Below, in pieces: positions 52,869 to 55,386 of a DNA stretch of 55,386 nucleotides; the stretch's first letter is position 1; each line of letters begins with the position of its first letter. The stretch covers positions 1 to 55,386 of the forward strand of contig JAIXPK010000178.1 of the NCBI GenBank assembly GCA_027486335.1, written 5' to 3'. The notes below the pieces were generated by a model. That model ran no database searches and was not told where the DNA came from. It saw only the letters and a list, made by a program, of their open reading frames with translations. A program made the position numbers and the translations under genes. This DNA is from Verrucomicrobiaceae bacterium. Its GTDB lineage: Bacteria > Verrucomicrobiota > Verrucomicrobiia > Verrucomicrobiales > V1-33.

Positions 52869-53954
52869 ATGTTCAAATCACTGCAAGCAGGACGGGCGAT
52901 CGCGGCAATTCTTGTGATGCTCTGTCATGTCGGAGGTGCGATAGCCTCTGAGAAGTACTTTGGGATCAGCGGGTTCCGGACAGCCTTTGGATACGGGTCT
53001 GGCGGGGTGGAGTTTTTCTTCGTCCTGAGCGGATTCATCATTTACTACGCGCATCGGAACGACCTTTCGAAGCCTGGAAAGATCAAGTCGTACGTGTTGA
53101 AGCGAACGGTGCGAGTGTATCCGATTTATTGGATTGTGTTTTTAGTGGCGTATGGTGGGGCGTGTTTGAGTCCGGCGACCCGGGAGCAGGCTCTGCTGGA
53201 TCCGGTTACGTTCGTCAAGTCCCTGTTACTGGTTCCGCAGAATCCGGAGGTGGTTGGCGGGAGCGGTGCGCCTGTGCTTGGGGTGGCGTGGACGCTGCAG
53301 TACGAGATGATGTTTTACGCTGCCTTCGGGTTGGCGATCATCAGCCGCATTGCTGGGGTGGGGCTGATCTGTTGTTTTGTGGTGGCGAAGATTGTGAGCG
53401 CGACAAGCGGCGGGCTGGTGTTTCCGTGGTCGTTCGTGCTGAGCGATTATATCTATCTGTTTATATTCGGCATTGTGGTGGCGTGTGTGGTGCTGAGGCG
53501 TGAGATCGGGATGCGAGCGGGATCGGTTTTTCTTTATGCAGGTGTTGCTGGCTGTGTTGTGCATGCTGTCAGTACGATGGTGGATCGACCGATGAGCAAA
53601 GGACTCGAGGTGCCGTTTCTGGGGTTATCGAGTGCGGCGGTGGTGCTGGGAATGGTGGTTTACGAGAAGCACGGGCGTGCGGTGCTGGCGCATCGGTTTT
53701 TTCAGTTGTTTGGAGATGCGTCGTATTCGCTGTATCTGATCCATTTTCCGGTGATCACGATCTTGTGCAAGGTGTCGATGCGGGCTGGATTGAAGGGGAT
53801 GGGATTTGGCGGGGCGATGATTGCCTTTGTGGTGATGGTGGTGTGCTGCATGGTTGCCGGTGTGGTGCTGCACAAGGCGGTGGAGAAGCCGATTACCGGG
53901 TATTTGAGGCGTCTGACTCGGCCTGCGGGCAGCGACAGGCGAGTGAGCGAGTGA
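52869..53954 (+). CDS. Acyltransferase family 3 membrane protein
   Basis: ATG 52869 (MFKSLQAGRAIAAILVMLCHV...). GGVEFFFVLSGFII, with about 10 TM helices. Visibly more A/T and more C-ending codons than upstream plus-strand genes. Confidence 0.85.
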   Translation: MFKSLQAGRAIAAILVMLCHVGGAIASEKYFGISGFRTAFGYGSGGVEFFFVLSGFIIYYAHRNDLSKPGKIKSYVLKRTVRVYPIYWIVFLVAYGGACLSPATREQALLDPVTFVKSLLLVPQNPEVVGGSGAPVLGVAWTLQYEMMFYAAFGLAIISRIAGVGLICCFVVAKIVSATSGGLVFPWSFVLSDYIYLFIFGIVVACVVLRREIGMRAGSVFLYAGVAGCVVHAVSTMVDRPMSKGLEVPFLGLSSAAVVLGMVVYEKHGRAVLAHRFFQLFGDASYSLYLIHFPVITILCKVSMRAGLKGMGFGGAMIAFVVMVVCCMVAGVVLHKAVEKPITGYLRRLTRPAGSDRRVSE

Positions 53955-54018
53955 GCGATGACGGGCGGGGAATGGCCCGAGGGTGCCCGGGAATGAGGGC
54001 GGAGGGGCTGGCAGAAAG

Positions 54019-54714
54019 TTATTCTGTCAGGACGAGGAGGGAGTAGCCACCCATGAGTCTGGCGGCCCATTTTTTGGAGAACGCGGAGATGATACGGCGC
54101 GGGACGTTTGCGATGGAGCGCTTGAGGCTTGGGTGGAGGCTGGAGAGGGCCAATCCGCCATCTGTGAGGAAGGAGTCGATGATTTTGTGGCCTGTACCGG
54201 AGAGGCTTGCGAGCGCTGATTCTGCGGTGAAGTACTGGATGTGGCCGACGCTTTCGCGTGCACTGATGACGGAGCCTCGGATGACGGAGGAAGCGTGGAT
54301 GTCGAGGGGGATGTGGTAGATCTTGTATTTTGCCTTGGTCTGGCAGCCTTTGAGGAAGCCGAGGTAGTCCGGGACGTGTTCGATGACGTCCATGATGAGG
54401 AGGAGGTCGAAGAATTCGTCTTTCTGGAGGAGGTCTTCGTTATGGAAGTGGAGGCGATCTGATTCTTTCTGGCGGGCGCGATCGATGGCTGGGCCGGCGA
54501 TGTCGTAGCCGCTGAACTGGAGGTCCCCTTGGAGAGTGTTGCTGAGGTCGGCGAGGATGGCGCCGACGCCGCATCCGATTTCTGCTACTGACTTGAACTT
54601 GATGGGTTGCCGCTGAAGCATGAGGCGGATCTGGGCGGCTTTCCAAGGGGCATCTTCCTCGTGCCAGCTTGGATTTTGGTCCATGTACTCACCATCGGTG
54701 TAGATATTGCCCAT
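54019..54714 (-). CDS. Class I SAM-dependent methyltransferase
   Basis: Motif I VAEIGCGVGA, then FSGYDI and DLLLIMDVIEHV. Confidence 0.85.
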   Translation of the reverse strand: MGNIYTDGEYMDQNPSWHEEDAPWKAAQIRLMLQRQPIKFKSVAEIGCGVGAILADLSNTLQGDLQFSGYDIAGPAIDRARQKESDRLHFHNEDLLQKDEFFDLLLIMDVIEHVPDYLGFLKGCQTKAKYKIYHIPLDIHASSVIRGSVISARESVGHIQYFTAESALASLSGTGHKIIDSFLTDGGLALSSLHPSLKRSIANVPRRIISAFSKKWAARLMGGYSLLVLTE

Positions 54715-54985
54715 AAGTTTTTCCAGTTCGCGGGTAGGTTCGGGAATCGCTGGAATCTAGGAGAAGCGGAAGGGCGCTTCAAGGATTAGTTGCAGATTAT
54801 CGATGCACTGTGTTTAAGTTTTGACGGTCAACAGGTTGCAAGGATGCGGGATCGTGGCGGCGACGGCGTGAGTGTGGGTTGAGGAGGGCGGCGGATGAGG
54901 GGGGCTACGGAGACGGAGAATGGAGCGTGATGGGGCGGGAAGGGGTGTGAATTTACTGCTGCAAGGCGCAGCGCTTGATGAGGAG

Positions 54986-55016
54986 ACCACCGGCTGAGAG
55001 GCTGGTGGTTTTTTTG
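54986..55016 (+). terminator. Orphan plus-strand rho-independent terminator
   Basis: 10-bp stem ACCACCGGCT / GGCTGGTGGT (two G-U pairs), GAGA loop, then T7 (55010-55016). No annotated plus-strand gene ends upstream of it. Confidence 0.55.
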
Positions 55017-55041
55017 TGGTATGGCGGGTGGGGTGGGCATG

Positions 55042-55073
55042 AAAAAGCCGGCAGCTGCGGGGCAGCTGCCGGC
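55042..55073 (-). terminator. Rho-independent terminator of xylA
   Basis: Perfect 12-bp stem GCCGGCAGCTGC / GCAGCTGCCGGC (55047-55058 / 55062-55073). A5 precedes it on the + strand, giving a U-tract on the - strand. It lies 32 nt past the xylA stop. Confidence 0.65.
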
Positions 55074-55104
55074 GTGGGTAAGTGGGATGAGGGGAGGTGC
55101 TAGG

Positions 55105-55386
55105 TCAGGCGATGAAGTCGTTGAGGATGTTTTCGATCATTTCCTGGCGGCCGCTGGCGACCATGGGTTGTTGTTTGAGGCCGAGGACGTGGGCTTCGAG
55201 TTCGTCGAAGTTGGTTTTGCGTTTATCGATTTTTTTGCCGATGCCGGAGTCGAAGGAGCTGTAGCGAGCTTTGACGAAGTCTTCGATGGCGCCGCTTTCG
55301 AGGAGGCGGTGGGCGATTTTGAGGCCGCGAGCGAAGGCGTCCATGCCGCCGATGTGGGCGTGGAAGAGGTCTTCTGGTTCGAAGCT
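55105..55386 (-). CDS. xylA: Xylose isomerase, C-terminal fragment (runs off the right edge)
   Basis: SFEPEDLFHAHIGGMDAFARGLKIAHRLLESGAIEDFVKARYSSFDSGIGKKI...SGRQEMIENILNDFIA matches the conserved XylA C-terminus. Confidence 0.85.
   Translation of the reverse strand, partial: SFEPEDLFHAHIGGMDAFARGLKIAHRLLESGAIEDFVKARYSSFDSGIGKKIDKRKTNFDELEAHVLGLKQQPMVASGRQEMIENILNDFIA

Noticed and set aside
298-55009. Similarity between the two GAGA-loop hairpins (ACCACCGG-GAGA-CCGGTGGT at 301-320 and ACCACCGGCT-GAGA-GGCTGGTGGT at 54986-55009) as a possible repeat family
   Set aside because: There are only two instances of short GC-rich stems, and they function in opposite transcriptional orientations. This is insufficient to distinguish from chance without a genome-wide search.
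54828-55040. 70-aa minus-strand ORF in the xylA-methyltransferase spacer
   Set aside because: Pro-rich low-complexity product. It spans the plus-strand terminator hairpin, which makes it unlikely to be coding.
55376-55384. GGTTCGAAG, resembling a tRNA T-loop
   Set aside because: It lies within the xylA coding frame, and no acceptor, D or anticodon arms can be drawn around it.

Overview
High-GC bacterial chromosomal window. The PEP-CTERM/exosortase content and base composition suggest a Verrucomicrobiota-like genome, but that is inference only. All family calls come from reading motifs in the translated ORFs; no searches were run.

Layout:
- (a) Left edge: a partial CDS, a CHRD-domain PEP-CTERM protein (- strand), then housekeeping pyrE and lspA (+ strand).
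- (b) 2613-11884: a tightly packed six-gene minus-strand envelope operon. It encodes an SNase-like nuclease, a Tat-signal protein, a 1358-aa two-module membrane protein, a GT4 glycosyltransferase, a secreted repeat protein with a Pro-rich tail, and a membrane-anchored coiled-coil protein. None has an assignable pathway.
- (c) 12028-53954: 35 consecutive plus-strand genes forming a very large PEP-CTERM/exosortase-linked Wzx/Wzy-type exopolysaccharide locus. It holds two PEP-CTERM substrates, a beta-barrel OMP, an exosortase with an EpsI-like extension, a TPR protein, a Wza-like exporter, a Wzc-like co-polymerase/BY-kinase and a priming sugar transferase. It also holds two MOP flippases, about 13 glycosyltransferases, one Wzy-like polymerase, a pyruvyl transferase with an FrhB-like partner, two acyltransferase-3 proteins, a WcaF-like acetyltransferase, a MarR/GbsR-like regulator, and a translationally coupled SDR/TIM-barrel/FAD-oxidoreductase/GT2/GT2 cassette.
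- (d) Right edge: a minus-strand SAM methyltransferase and the 3' end of xylA.

Most notable observations:
- An exact copy of the enterobacterial ops (RfaH-recruitment) 12-mer sits in the leader of the 23-gene distal block.
- The uncharacterised giant-protein operon.
- The plus strand is G+T-rich across the whole window whatever the gene orientation, so synonymous-codon choice and even amino-acid composition flip between strands.
- A strong terminator ends 2 nt before the exosortase start codon, downstream of a substrate gene whose codon usage differs from its neighbours.
- A conserved-loop hairpin repeat flanks the CHRD gene.
- An orphan plus-strand terminator has no gene to terminate.

No rRNA, tRNA, CRISPR array, transposase or integrase was seen.
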